A stretch of 64,000 nucleotides of DNA, taken from Candidatus Eiseniibacteriota bacterium. Lineage in GTDB: Bacteria; Eisenbacteria; RBG-16-71-46. Below the pieces are notes generated by a model. The model made no database searches, was not told where the DNA came from, and worked only from the letters and a program-made list of their open reading frames with translations. Made by a program: the position numbers and the translations under genes. The stretch covers positions 1,920,001-1,984,000 of the forward strand of contig OY970178.1 in assembly GCA_963707915.1 (NCBI GenBank). Direction: 5' to 3'. Shown piece after piece: positions 53,272 through 63,025 of the stretch. Every line of letters begins with the position of its first letter. Position 1 is the first letter of the stretch.

Positions 53272-54497
53272 GGCTAGAAGGTGGCGCCCAGGACCCGCGT
53301 CAGCACGCCCCGCAATTGATCCAGGTGGTAGGGCTTCCGGATGAACCCCGCCAGCCGCCCCGGCGGGATCTGCTGCGTCGCCTCCGCCTCGTCGTAGCCG
53401 CTCGACAGGATCACCTTCGCCCCCGGCTCGATCAGCAGGATCCGCTCCAGCGCCCCGGCCCCGTCCAGCTTCGGCATCGTCAGGTCCAGCAGGATCGCGC
53501 GGATCCCGGCCCCGTGCCGCCGCACCACCTCCACCGCCCGCTCCCCGTCCCCCGCCGTCAGCACCGTGAATCCCAGCGACTCCACCAGCGCCGCGCACGG
53601 CTGCAGCACCATCTCCTCGTCGTCCACGATCAGGATCGTCCCCTGCCCCGTGCCCCGCATCGCCTCCGCTCCGCCCGCGCGCGCACCGGACGCCTCCGCC
53701 GTCACCGCCGACGCCGCCCCGGCCGCCCGGAACAGCACCCGGATCGTCGTCCCCTTGCCCACCGCGCTGTCCAGCAGCAACGCCCCCCCGTGCCCCCGCA
53801 CGATCCCGAACACCGCCGGCAACCCCAGCCCGCGCCCGGTGAACTTCGTCGTGAAGAACGGGTCGAACATCCGCTTCTGCGTCTCCTCGTCCATCCCGCA
53901 GCCGCTGTCCGTCACCTCCACGTACGCGTAACGCCCCGCCGGCGCCGGCTCGCTCAGCCGGCTCCGCCCCAGGTACCCCGCGTCGCACTCCCGCACCCCC
54001 GTCGACAGCGTCACCACCCCGGGCGCGCTCCCCACCGCCTCCGCCGCGTTGGTGATCAGGTTCATCACCACCTGCTGGATCTGCCCCGCGTCCGCCTCCA
54101 CCGCCGGCAGCGCCCGGTCCAGCTGCAGGTTCAGCGTCACCGTCCGCGGGATCGACGTCCGCAGCAGGTGCACGTTCTCCTCCACCAGCTCGTTCAGGTC
54201 CACCCGCCCGACCAGGAACTTGCCCCGCCCCGAGTACGCCAGCATCTGCCGCGTCAGGTCCGCCGCCCGGCGCGCCGCGCTGCTCGCCGCGTCCAGCCGG
54301 GGCCGCACCGGCGAGATCGGGGAGAGGTCGCGCAGCCCCAGCTCGAGGTTCCCCAGGATCGCCATCAGCAGGTTGTTGAAGTCGTGCGCGATGCCGCCCG
54401 CCAGCACCCCCAGGCTCTCCAGCTTCTGCGTGTGCAGCAACTGCCGCTCCATCTCCAGCCGCGCCTGCTCCGCCCGCCGCCGCTCGGTGACGTCGCG
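53272..54497. repeat. ~1.23-kb near-identical direct repeat, copy 1
   Basis: Matches 57123..58348 (offset 3851) with only scattered substitutions. Confidence 0.92.
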
Positions 54498-56837
54498 CAC
54501 GATGGCCTGCAGGTAGACCTTCCCCCGCCACTCCACCCGGGCCAGCGAGACCTCGGCGTCGAAGGGCGTGCCGTCCTTGCGGCAGTGGAGCCACTCGAAC
54601 GACTGGGGCTCGCCCTCCAGCGTCGCGCGCATCCGGGCCTCGGCCAGGGGTGCGGACGGGGAGCCGTCCCGCTGCTCGGGCGGGGAGAAGTCCGCCGGAT
54701 GGTGCCCGAGGATCTCCTCCCGGGCGCAGCCGAAGACCTCGAGGGTGCGGGCGTTGCAGTCCGCGAACCGGCCGTCCGCCATGAGGAAGATGGCGTCGCT
54801 CGCGCTCTCGAACAGCATGCGGTAGCGGCCCTCGCTCTCCCGCAGCGCCGACTCCGCCCGCGCCCGCTCGGTGATGTCCACGATGGAGGCGGTGCCTCCC
54901 ACCAGTCCACCGGGCGAGTAGAGGCCGCGGACGAAGGTCACCGCGTGGACCGTGCCCCCGGACCGGGTGATGTACCGCTTCTCGACGACGAACTGGTCGA
55001 TCTCCCGCCGCTTGAGCCGCGCGTAGTACTCCCGGCTCTCGTCCTGGTCGTCGGGCACGGTGAACTCGCCGACGCTCTTCCCGATCAGTTCCTCCGGGGC
55101 GTACTCGAGCATCCTGCAGAAGAGCTTGTTGACCCGCCGCAACCTGAATTCCGCGTCGACCACGACGACCCCGTAGGGCAGGTCTTCCTCCAGCAGCATC
55201 CGGTCGACCTGCTTTCGTCCGATGACATCCCGCACGATCGCCAGCCGCCGGCCGTCCGCGAGCATCCGGACGCTCGCCTCGACGGGCACGGTCGAACCAT
55301 CCTTGCGCACGAGCCGCCACTCGCGCAGCGGCACCCCCTCCGGGACGACGTCCGTCCGCCCCGCGGGCTCCGGTCGCACGTCCTCGACGCCCAGGTCCCG
55401 GACGCCGAGCTTCGCCAACTCCTCACGGGAATACCCCAGCAGGTCCACGAAGGCCTGGTTGGCGCTCAGGCACCGCCCTTCCGCATCCGTGACCACGACG
55501 CCGTCCGAGGCCTGCTCCACCAGCGTCCGGTACCGCTCCTCGCTCTCCCGCAGCGCCTCCTCGGCCCGCCGGCGTTCGGTGACGTCCATGATGTCGCCGA
55601 TGACCTTCACGATCCGGTCCCCGTGCCGGACCGCCTCGCCCCGCGTGCGCACCCACAGCGCGCGGCCGCTTGTGGTGGTGAAGGGCGCCTCCAGGTCGTA
55701 GGGGGTGCCCTGCTCGGCGCAGCGCGTGAAGGCCTCGAGGACCGCGGCGCGGACCCCGGGCCCGTAACAGGCCAGGCTCCTCTCCATGTGCTCCGCCGAG
55801 CCGGGAGCGATGTCGCCCGGCGCCAGGTCGTGGATGCGGTAGGTCTCCTCCGTCCACGTCATGGCCTGCGTCCCGACGTCCCACTCCCAGCCGCCGATCC
55901 TGCTCAGCCGCTGGGTCGCCTTGAGCAGCGCCTCGCTCGACTGCCGGGCCTCCTCCATCCGCGCCCGGTCGGCGACGGCGTCGACGCTCTGGAGGAACGA
56001 CGCCAGCTGGACGACGTCCTCCTGCGAGTAGTCGTGGGGCCGGTTCGCCACCGCCGCCACCGCCGTGATCCTGCCGTTGCGGAAGAACGGCACGACCAGG
56101 AGCCGCGTCAGGGGGACATGCCCCTCCGGCAGTCCCTTCTTCGCCTCGTGCCCGGCGGCGTAATCGTTCATGATCAGCGGCGAGCGGCGGCGGACCGCCT
56201 CGGCCCACACGCCGGCCTCGCGGATGGAGAACTCCTCCGGCGGGTCCGCCAGCCGGCAATCCTTCAGCGCCGCGCCGGACCTCGCCTGGATGGTCATGGC
56301 CGACTCGTCCTCGTTGACCAGGCCGTAGAAGCCGTAGGCGCTGCGGGTCATTCGCACGATCGAGTCGAGGATGTGCTCGGCGATGGCCTGCGGACCGGCT
56401 TCGGACAGGGAGGACACGCTCCACAGCGCCTCGAGCCTCGCGTGGGCGATCCCGAGCGCCTCCTCCACCCGCTTGCGCCTGGTGATGTCGCGCGCGACGA
56501 CCAGCAGGCGGCCGTCGGGCAGGGACCGCGTCGTGAGCTCGACCGGGATCAGCCTCCCGTCCCTGCCCCGCAGCCGGCGTTCCGCGACCGTGCCTTCCCC
56601 GCCCCCGGAGCCGGAGAGCCCGGCCGGGTCGTCGGGCGGCTCCTCGGGATCCGCGAGGTCCGCGAGCGGTCGGCCCAGCAGTTCCCCGGCGGCGAAGCCC
56701 AGCGCCTCGCACGCGCGCGGATTGACCGCGATCATCCGCCCCCGGGGATCGGCGACGAACATGGCGTCGACGGCCTGCTGGAAGAGCGAGACGTAGAACT
56801 CCGCGGGCAGGCTCGGGGTCGCGGATTCACGATCCAT
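53274..56837 (-). CDS. Hybrid sensor histidine kinase (PAS-GAF-multi-PAS-HisKA-HATPase-receiver)
   Basis: Several PAS/PAC units (RDIT.R), GAF, LAGGIAHDFNNLL, NLITNA, FDPFFTTK..GRGLGL, receiver IVDDE...LLDL. Confidence 0.93.
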   Translation of the reverse strand: MDRESATPSLPAEFYVSLFQQAVDAMFVADPRGRMIAVNPRACEALGFAAGELLGRPLADLADPEEPPDDPAGLSGSGGGEGTVAERRLRGRDGRLIPVELTTRSLPDGRLLVVARDITRRKRVEEALGIAHARLEALWSVSSLSEAGPQAIAEHILDSIVRMTRSAYGFYGLVNEDESAMTIQARSGAALKDCRLADPPEEFSIREAGVWAEAVRRRSPLIMNDYAAGHEAKKGLPEGHVPLTRLLVVPFFRNGRITAVAAVANRPHDYSQEDVVQLASFLQSVDAVADRARMEEARQSSEALLKATQRLSRIGGWEWDVGTQAMTWTEETYRIHDLAPGDIAPGSAEHMERSLACYGPGVRAAVLEAFTRCAEQGTPYDLEAPFTTTSGRALWVRTRGEAVRHGDRIVKVIGDIMDVTERRRAEEALRESEERYRTLVEQASDGVVVTDAEGRCLSANQAFVDLLGYSREELAKLGVRDLGVEDVRPEPAGRTDVVPEGVPLREWRLVRKDGSTVPVEASVRMLADGRRLAIVRDVIGRKQVDRMLLEEDLPYGVVVVDAEFRLRRVNKLFCRMLEYAPEELIGKSVGEFTVPDDQDESREYYARLKRREIDQFVVEKRYITRSGGTVHAVTFVRGLYSPGGLVGGTASIVDITERARAESALRESEGRYRMLFESASDAIFLMADGRFADCNARTLEVFGCAREEILGHHPADFSPPEQRDGSPSAPLAEARMRATLEGEPQSFEWLHCRKDGTPFDAEVSLARVEWRGKVYLQAIVRDVTERRRAEQARLEMERQLLHTQKLESLGVLAGGIAHDFNNLLMAILGNLELGLRDLSPISPVRPRLDAASSAARRAADLTRQMLAYSGRGKFLVGRVDLNELVEENVHLLRTSIPRTVTLNLQLDRALPAVEADAGQIQQVVMNLITNAAEAVGSAPGVVTLSTGVRECDAGYLGRSRLSEPAPAGRYAYVEVTDSGCGMDEETQKRMFDPFFTTKFTGRGLGLPAVFGIVRGHGGALLLDSAVGKGTTIRVLFRAAGAASAVTAEASGARAGGAEAMRGTGQGTILIVDDEEMVLQPCAALVESLGFTVLTAGDGERAVEVVRRHGAGIRAILLDLTMPKLDGAGALERILLIEPGAKVILSSGYDEAEATQQIPPGRLAGFIRKPYHLDQLRGVLTRVLGATF

Positions 56838-57122
56838 CGTCGGTTTCCCCCTGGATCATCCGAAGCGTGCGCTCCGCCCTCCCGCCGCGGGAGGCGTGAC
56901 CTCGGCCTGGCACCGGGTCCCACCGCGGGGGAATCGCGGAAAGCGACCGGATCGTCCGGACTGGACGGCACCAGGTCCCGGAGGGGCGGGAACGGGGTGA
57001 AGTGCCCTCATCCCGAGGACGACGGCACTATACGTTCGCCCGTCCGGCACGGCAATGCCCGTCCCGGACCATGCGTGCCGGGCCGTCGCCGGGGTGCTCT
57101 CCTCCCCGCGCGCCCCGGCGAC

Positions 57123-58348
57123 GGCTAGAAGGTGGCGCCCAGGACCCGCGTCAGCACGCCGCGCAATTGATCCAGGTGGTAGGGCTTCCGGATGAACCCC
57201 GCCAGCCGCCCCGGCGGAATCCGCTGCGTCGCCTCCGCCTCGTCGTAGCCGCTCGTCAGGATCACCTTCGCCCCCGGCTCGATCAGCAGGATCCGCTCCA
57301 GCGCCCCGGCCCCGTCCAGCTTCGGGAGCATCAGGTCCAGCAGGATCGCGCGGATCCCGGCCCCGTGCTGCCGCACCACCTCCACCGCCCGCTCCCCGTC
57401 CCCCGCCGTCAGCACCGTGAATCCCAGCGACTCCACCAGCGCCGCGCACGGCTGCAGCACCATCTCCTCGTCGTCCACGATCAGGATCGTCCCCTGCCCC
57501 GTGCCCCGCATCGCCTCCGCTCCGCCCGCGCGCGCACCGGACGCCTCCGCCGTCACCGCCGACGCCGCCCCGGCCGCCCGGAACAGCACCCGGATCGTCG
57601 TCCCCTTGCCCACCGCGCTGTCCAGCAGCAACGCCCCCCCGTGCCCCCGCACGATCCCGAACACCGCCGGCAACCCCAGCCCGCGCCCGGTGAACTTCGT
57701 CGTGAAGAACGGGTCGAACATCCGCTTCTGCGTCTCCTCGTCCATCCCGCAGCCGCTGTCCGTCACCTCCACGTACGCGTAGCGCCCCGCCGGCGCCGGC
57801 TCGCTCAGCCGGCTCCGCCCCAGGTACCCCGCGTCGCACTCCCGCACCCCCGTCGACAGCGTCACCACCCCGGGCGCGCTCCCCACCGCCTCCGCCGCGT
57901 TGGTGATCAGGTTCATCACCACCTGCTGGATCTGCCCCGCGTCCGCCTCCACCGCCGGCAGCGCCCGGTCCAGCTGCAGGTTCAGCGTCACCGTCCGCGG
58001 GATCGACGTCCGCAGCAGGTGCACGTTCTCCTCCACCAGCTCGTTCAGGTCCACCCGCCCGACCAGGAACTTGCCCCGCCCCGAGTACGCCAGCATCTGC
58101 CGCGTCAGGTCCGCCGCCCGCCGCGCCGCGTTGCTCGCCGCGTCCAGCCGGGGCCGCGCCGGCGAGACCGGGGAGAGGTCGCGCAGCCCCAGCTCGAGGT
58201 TCCCCAGGATCGCCATCAGCAGGTTGTTGAAGTCGTGCGCGATGCCGCCCGCCAGCACCCCCAGGCTCTCCAGCTTCTGCGTGTGCAGCAACTGCCGCTC
58301 CATCTCCAGCCGCGCCCGCTCCGCCCGCCGCCGCTCGGTGACGTCGCG
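57123..58348. repeat. ~1.23-kb near-identical direct repeat, copy 2
   Basis: Matches 53272..54497. Confidence 0.92.
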
Positions 58349-59071
58349 GAAGCTCCAGACGCGCCCGGCGATCTCGTCGCCGTTCATCAGCGGGCACGAG
58401 AACCGCTCGAAGATCCGGCCGTCCTTGAAGCTGACGGAGTCGAAGGTCTCCTCGTCGGAGCGGTAGAGCGCCCGGACCTTCTCGAGGAACACCATGGGGT
58501 CCTCGACCTGGTCCAGGACGAATCCGAGCAGCCGGTCGTCGTCCCCGGAGTCGGTGACCTCCCGCGGGATGCGCCACAGCTCGGCGAAGCGCGCGTTCCA
58601 GTGCACGACGCGCCCGCGATCATCCACCGCGAGGATGCCGTCGGTCACCGCTTCCGTCGTGGCTCGCAGGAGCGCCTCGCTGGCCCTGACCGCCTCGAGC
58701 GCCTGCCGCCGCTCCGTGAGATCGCGGACGACGCCCACCAGGTGGCCGTCGGGCAGCATCCGCGTGGTGAGCTCGACCGGGACCGTGATCCCGTCCTTGC
58801 GCACCAGCAGGCGTTCCGAGACCACGCTCTTCCCGGCGCGCAGTTCGTCCACGCGCAGGGGGTGCTTCCGCAGGTCCTCGGCGTCCGTGAAGCTCACGTA
58901 CGGCTGGCCCAGCGTCTCCTCCACGGTGAACCCCGTGAGCTCGCACAGGCGGGGGTTGACGGTGGCCAGCCGGCCCTGTGCGTCGGCGACGAACATGCCC
59001 TCGGCAGCGTGCTGGAAGAGCGCGGCGTAGAGCTCCGCCGAAAGGCCCGGGGCCACCGGATCGCGATCCAT
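57125..59071 (-). CDS. Hybrid sensor histidine kinase (2 PAS-HisKA-HATPase-receiver), paralog of the adjacent kinase
   Basis: MDRDPVAPG N-terminus homologous to MDRESATPS; kinase and receiver nearly identical to 53274..56837. Confidence 0.93.
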   Translation of the reverse strand: MDRDPVAPGLSAELYAALFQHAAEGMFVADAQGRLATVNPRLCELTGFTVEETLGQPYVSFTDAEDLRKHPLRVDELRAGKSVVSERLLVRKDGITVPVELTTRMLPDGHLVGVVRDLTERRQALEAVRASEALLRATTEAVTDGILAVDDRGRVVHWNARFAELWRIPREVTDSGDDDRLLGFVLDQVEDPMVFLEKVRALYRSDEETFDSVSFKDGRIFERFSCPLMNGDEIAGRVWSFRDVTERRRAERARLEMERQLLHTQKLESLGVLAGGIAHDFNNLLMAILGNLELGLRDLSPVSPARPRLDAASNAARRAADLTRQMLAYSGRGKFLVGRVDLNELVEENVHLLRTSIPRTVTLNLQLDRALPAVEADAGQIQQVVMNLITNAAEAVGSAPGVVTLSTGVRECDAGYLGRSRLSEPAPAGRYAYVEVTDSGCGMDEETQKRMFDPFFTTKFTGRGLGLPAVFGIVRGHGGALLLDSAVGKGTTIRVLFRAAGAASAVTAEASGARAGGAEAMRGTGQGTILIVDDEEMVLQPCAALVESLGFTVLTAGDGERAVEVVRQHGAGIRAILLDLMLPKLDGAGALERILLIEPGAKVILTSGYDEAEATQRIPPGRLAGFIRKPYHLDQLRGVLTRVLGATF

Positions 59072-59367
59072 CAAGGGGTTCCCTCCCAGCATCGTGCAAA
59101 GCGACCGTTCCGCCATCCCGGCGCCCGGGGGGAGCGAGGACGGATTCCGGAGGACAGGCGGCCCCTGGTCCGCCGCGGCGCGGTGACCGCGGGAGGCGTC
59201 ATCCTGCCGACGGCCGCGCCAATATACGTTCCGCTCGCGGGCCGTGACAATCCGCTTCGCCCCCCGCGACCCGGTCGGCCCGCGCGGGGAGCGGGCCGGC
59301 CGCCGGCGGTCCGCGGACCGCCCGGAGCCCGTTGCCGAACCGCTCCACTGGGACTAGCATCCGCCTC

Positions 59368-62300
59368 ATGAGACCTCCCATCCTTCTGTACCTGCTCGCC
59401 GTGATCGGCGCTTCGTCCCTCCCCACGTTCGCCCCGGAGGCCCGGTGCGAGACCACGCGGCTCACCGTGCTCCACACCACCGACCTGCACGGCGCGCTCA
59501 CCTCGTACGACTACCTCGCCGACCAGCCGGCGCCCTCGGGGCTCGTCAGGATCGCGAGCCTGGTGCGGGCGGCACGGGCCGAGGGACAGCCGGTGCTGCT
59601 GCTCGACGACGGCGACGTCATCCAGGGCGGCGCGATCGAGACCTTCTACTGGCGCGGCGACCGCGCGCGGCCCGAGCCGATGATGACCGCCATGACGCGC
59701 ATGGGCTACGACGCGATGGCGGTCGGCAACCACGAGTTCTCGTGGGGACCCGCCGGGCTCGCGATCGCGCGCGACGAGGCCGGATTCCCCTGGCTCGCCG
59801 CCAACGTCGTCCGGGCCAGCGACGGCTCGCCCGCCTTCGGCACCTCGATCGTGAAGAAGCTCGGTGACCTGCGCGTCGGGGTGGTCGGGCTCACGACTCC
59901 GGCGGTGCCCGCGCTCGAGGACTCCGCCCACTGGGCCGGCCTGCGCTTCCTCCCCCCGCTCGAGACCGGGAACGCGGAGGCCAAGCGCCTGCGCGAGGTC
60001 GAGCGCTGCGACGTGGTGGTGGTGCTCGCCCACACCGGGATCGAGCAGGACCTGGCCACGGCGTCCGCGCGGCCCGCCGACGCGCCCGACGAGAACTGGG
60101 GCACCCGCCTGGCCCGCGGGCTGAGCGGCGTGGACGTCCTCATCCTGGGCCACACGCACGCGACCCTGGTGGATGCGAACTCGCCCACCGGGCCGCTGGT
60201 CGTGCAGGCCGGGCGCAACGCCGAGGCGCTCGGCCGCGTGGACATCGAGCTGACCCGGGGCGGCCCGACCGAGCCCTGGCGCGTCGGGCTGCGCCGCGGG
60301 CAGACCATCGCCGTGGCCGACTCGGTCCCGGTGGACGCGGAGCTCGACAGCTTCGCGGCGCCCTACCACGCGGCCGCGCAGGCGGCGCTCTCCGAGCGCA
60401 TCGGCGAGGCCGCGCAGGACATCGGCTCGCCGCACGGGCGCCTCGCCGACGGCCCGCTCTGGGACCTGGTCCACGCCGCCCAGCTGGAGGCCAGCGGCGC
60501 GGACGTCTCCCTCGCCGCGCTCTTCGACCCCGCGGCCGTCATCCGTCGCGGCCCGGTGACGGTGCGTGACGCGCTGCGCGCCTACCCGTACGACAACACG
60601 CTCGCCGTGGTCGAATTGACGGGCGCGCAGTTGCGGCAGGCGCTGGAGCGCTCCGCGCGCTACTACGCCCCCTACACCTTCGAGTCCGGCCGCGCGCTGG
60701 TCGAGCCGGGCGTGGCGGGCTACAACGTCGACGCCGCGCAGGGGATCGGCTACGAGGTGGACCTCACGCGCCCGGCGGGCGAGCGGATCGTCAACCTCAT
60801 CTGGCGGGGGCAGCCCCTGGCGGCCGACCAGAAGCTCAAGGTCGCGGTCAACAACTACCGGCTCAACGGCGGTGGCGGATTCGAGGAGATCGCGAGCGCG
60901 CCGCGCCTGCTCTCCCACGGGCCCGAGGTGCGCGAGGCGCTGGTGGACCACATCCGCCGGGCCGGCACGCTCGAGGCCCGCACCGACCGCTCCTGGACGG
61001 TGCTGCCCGACTACGCGACGAGCATGGAACGGCCGCTGGTGGACCTGCTGGTGCGGCGCGGCGTGGCGCCGAAGGGCGAGGTGCTGCGCCTGTTCCCCGA
61101 CGAGCCGGCGCGGCGCACCGACCTCGCCTACTGGCTGGCGCGCGCCTTCGACTGGCGCGAGAAGCGGCCCTCGGGCGCCTTCGCCGACGTGCCCGATTCG
61201 CTCGAGCCCTGGCTCGACGGGCTGCTCCGGCGCGGCGTGCTCGGGAGCGACGCCCGCCAGGAGCTGATCCACCCGTTCGCGGTGGCCTCGCTCGTCAACG
61301 CCCAGGACTGGTGCGAGTCCGCGGCCCGCGCCTCGGGCTACGCGCTGGAGAGCGGCGCCGAGCGCGCCTCGTTCCGCCGCGGCCTCCTGGCCGGCGTGAG
61401 CCTCGCGGGGCGGGGTGACACGCTGACCCGCGCGCAGGTGCTGGGCCTGGTCGCCAACACCCGCTTCCCCACGGTGCGGGTGCTCGAGACCACCGACTTC
61501 CACGGCGCGCTGCTGCCGGGCGCGAAGGAGCGCCGCAGCGGGCGCGCCTACGGGGGCTCGCCCGTGCTGGCCGCGCACCTGCACCGGCTCCAGGCCGAGA
61601 ACCCCGAGGGCACCATCCTCGTGGACGGCGGCGACACCTTCCAGGGCACGATGATCTCGAACCTGCAGTTCGGCCACCCGGTGGTGGAGCAGATGAACCT
61701 GCTCGGCTACAGCGCGATGGCGATCGGCAACCACGACTTCGACTGGTCGGCCGACACGCTGATGCGGCGCGTCGACGAGATGCGGTTCTCCGCCCTCGCC
61801 GCGAACATGGTCGAGCGCAAGACCGGCCGGAGGCCGCGCTGGGCGCGCAGCGACACGCTGCTCGTGCGCCGCGGGGTGCGCGTGGGGCTGTTCGGCATGG
61901 CCTACGTCGGAACGCCGAGCGTGACCCTGGCGACCAACGTGGCGCACCTGCGCTTCGAGGACGACTCGGCCACCGCCGCCCGGATCGTGCCCCGGCTGCG
62001 CAAGCGCTGGCGCCCCCCAGTGGTGATCGAGATCGGCCACACCCCGGCCGAGACCGACTCGTCGCGGCACGCCTCGGGCGACCTCGCGCGGCTCGCGCGC
62101 GGGGTGCCGGGCGTGGACCTGTGGATGGGCGGCCACAGCCACAACTACGTCCTCGACGAGATCGGCGGCGCGACCGTGATGATCCCGGGCTCGCAGGGCC
62201 AGGCGATCGGCGTCTGCGACCTCACCGTGGACCCGGTGGCGAGGCGCGTCGTGGAGCGCAGCTCCCGGATCGTCAGCACCTACGCCGACGAGGTCACCCC

Positions 62301-62931
62301 CGACAGCACGCTCGCCGCGCGCCTCCAGGTCTGGAACGCGAGCGTGGCCGCGATCGCGGCCACCCCCATCGGCCGAAGCGCCCGCGCCCTCACGCGCAGC
62401 CGGGACGCCACGCTCGGCAACGTGGTGACCGACGCGATGCGGACCGAGGTGAAGGCCGACGTGGCGATCACCAACAGCGGCGGCCTGCGGGCCGACCTGC
62501 CGGCGGGGGTGATCACCAAGGGCTCGGTCTACGAGGTCATCCCCTTCGACAACACGCTGGTGGTGGTGAAGCTCAAGGGGGCCGAGGTGCGCACCCTGCT
62601 GGAGGAGGGCCTCGCGCGCGGACGGGTCTCCCCGCAGAGCGGGCTGCGCTACCGGTACGATCTCTCGCGGCCCGAGGGCCAGCGCCTGCTCTCGCTGACG
62701 CTCGCCGACAGCACGGCACTCGACGACGCCAGGACGTACACCGTGGTGGTCAACAACTTCATGGCCGCCGGCGGGGACAACTACAACACGCTGATGCACG
62801 CGACCGACAAGACGGACACCGGTGTACTGATGCGGGACGCGCTGGAGCGCTACCTCGCAGCGGCCTCCAGGGACCGCCCGCTGGACGTCGGCCCGGACGG
62901 ACGCATCGAGCGGGTGGGCGGAGGCCGGTAG
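59368..62931 (+). CDS. Secreted double-module metallophosphoesterase/5'-nucleotidase (CpdB/YfkN-like)
   Basis: Signal peptide; module 1 HTTDLHG/DDGD/GNHEF/GHTH; module 2 TTDFHG/DGGD/GNHDF/GHSH; each followed by a 5'-nucleotidase C domain (YPYDN; NSGGLR...PFDN). Confidence 0.9.
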   Translation: MRPPILLYLLAVIGASSLPTFAPEARCETTRLTVLHTTDLHGALTSYDYLADQPAPSGLVRIASLVRAARAEGQPVLLLDDGDVIQGGAIETFYWRGDRARPEPMMTAMTRMGYDAMAVGNHEFSWGPAGLAIARDEAGFPWLAANVVRASDGSPAFGTSIVKKLGDLRVGVVGLTTPAVPALEDSAHWAGLRFLPPLETGNAEAKRLREVERCDVVVVLAHTGIEQDLATASARPADAPDENWGTRLARGLSGVDVLILGHTHATLVDANSPTGPLVVQAGRNAEALGRVDIELTRGGPTEPWRVGLRRGQTIAVADSVPVDAELDSFAAPYHAAAQAALSERIGEAAQDIGSPHGRLADGPLWDLVHAAQLEASGADVSLAALFDPAAVIRRGPVTVRDALRAYPYDNTLAVVELTGAQLRQALERSARYYAPYTFESGRALVEPGVAGYNVDAAQGIGYEVDLTRPAGERIVNLIWRGQPLAADQKLKVAVNNYRLNGGGGFEEIASAPRLLSHGPEVREALVDHIRRAGTLEARTDRSWTVLPDYATSMERPLVDLLVRRGVAPKGEVLRLFPDEPARRTDLAYWLARAFDWREKRPSGAFADVPDSLEPWLDGLLRRGVLGSDARQELIHPFAVASLVNAQDWCESAARASGYALESGAERASFRRGLLAGVSLAGRGDTLTRAQVLGLVANTRFPTVRVLETTDFHGALLPGAKERRSGRAYGGSPVLAAHLHRLQAENPEGTILVDGGDTFQGTMISNLQFGHPVVEQMNLLGYSAMAIGNHDFDWSADTLMRRVDEMRFSALAANMVERKTGRRPRWARSDTLLVRRGVRVGLFGMAYVGTPSVTLATNVAHLRFEDDSATAARIVPRLRKRWRPPVVIEIGHTPAETDSSRHASGDLARLARGVPGVDLWMGGHSHNYVLDEIGGATVMIPGSQGQAIGVCDLTVDPVARRVVERSSRIVSTYADEVTPDSTLAARLQVWNASVAAIAATPIGRSARALTRSRDATLGNVVTDAMRTEVKADVAITNSGGLRADLPAGVITKGSVYEVIPFDNTLVVVKLKGAEVRTLLEEGLARGRVSPQSGLRYRYDLSRPEGQRLLSLTLADSTALDDARTYTVVVNNFMAAGGDNYNTLMHATDKTDTGVLMRDALERYLAAASRDRPLDVGPDGRIERVGGGR

Positions 62932-62956
62932 CCGCGGTGCGCCCCGTCTCCAGCAC

Positions 62957-62990
62957 CGAGCCCCCGGCAGGCCTTCCCGCCGGGGGCTCG
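62957..62990. terminator. Hairpin between convergent genes
   Basis: cgagcccccggc / gccgggggctcg perfect 12-bp inverted repeat. Confidence 0.5.
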
Positions 62991-63025
62991 CGGGTTCCGT
63001 GGACCGGGTGCGCCGCCCGGCGCGC

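Noticed and set aside
53272..58348. 1.2-kb direct repeat as IS copies or composite transposon
   Set aside because: It encodes kinase/receiver domains, with no transposase or terminal inverted repeats.
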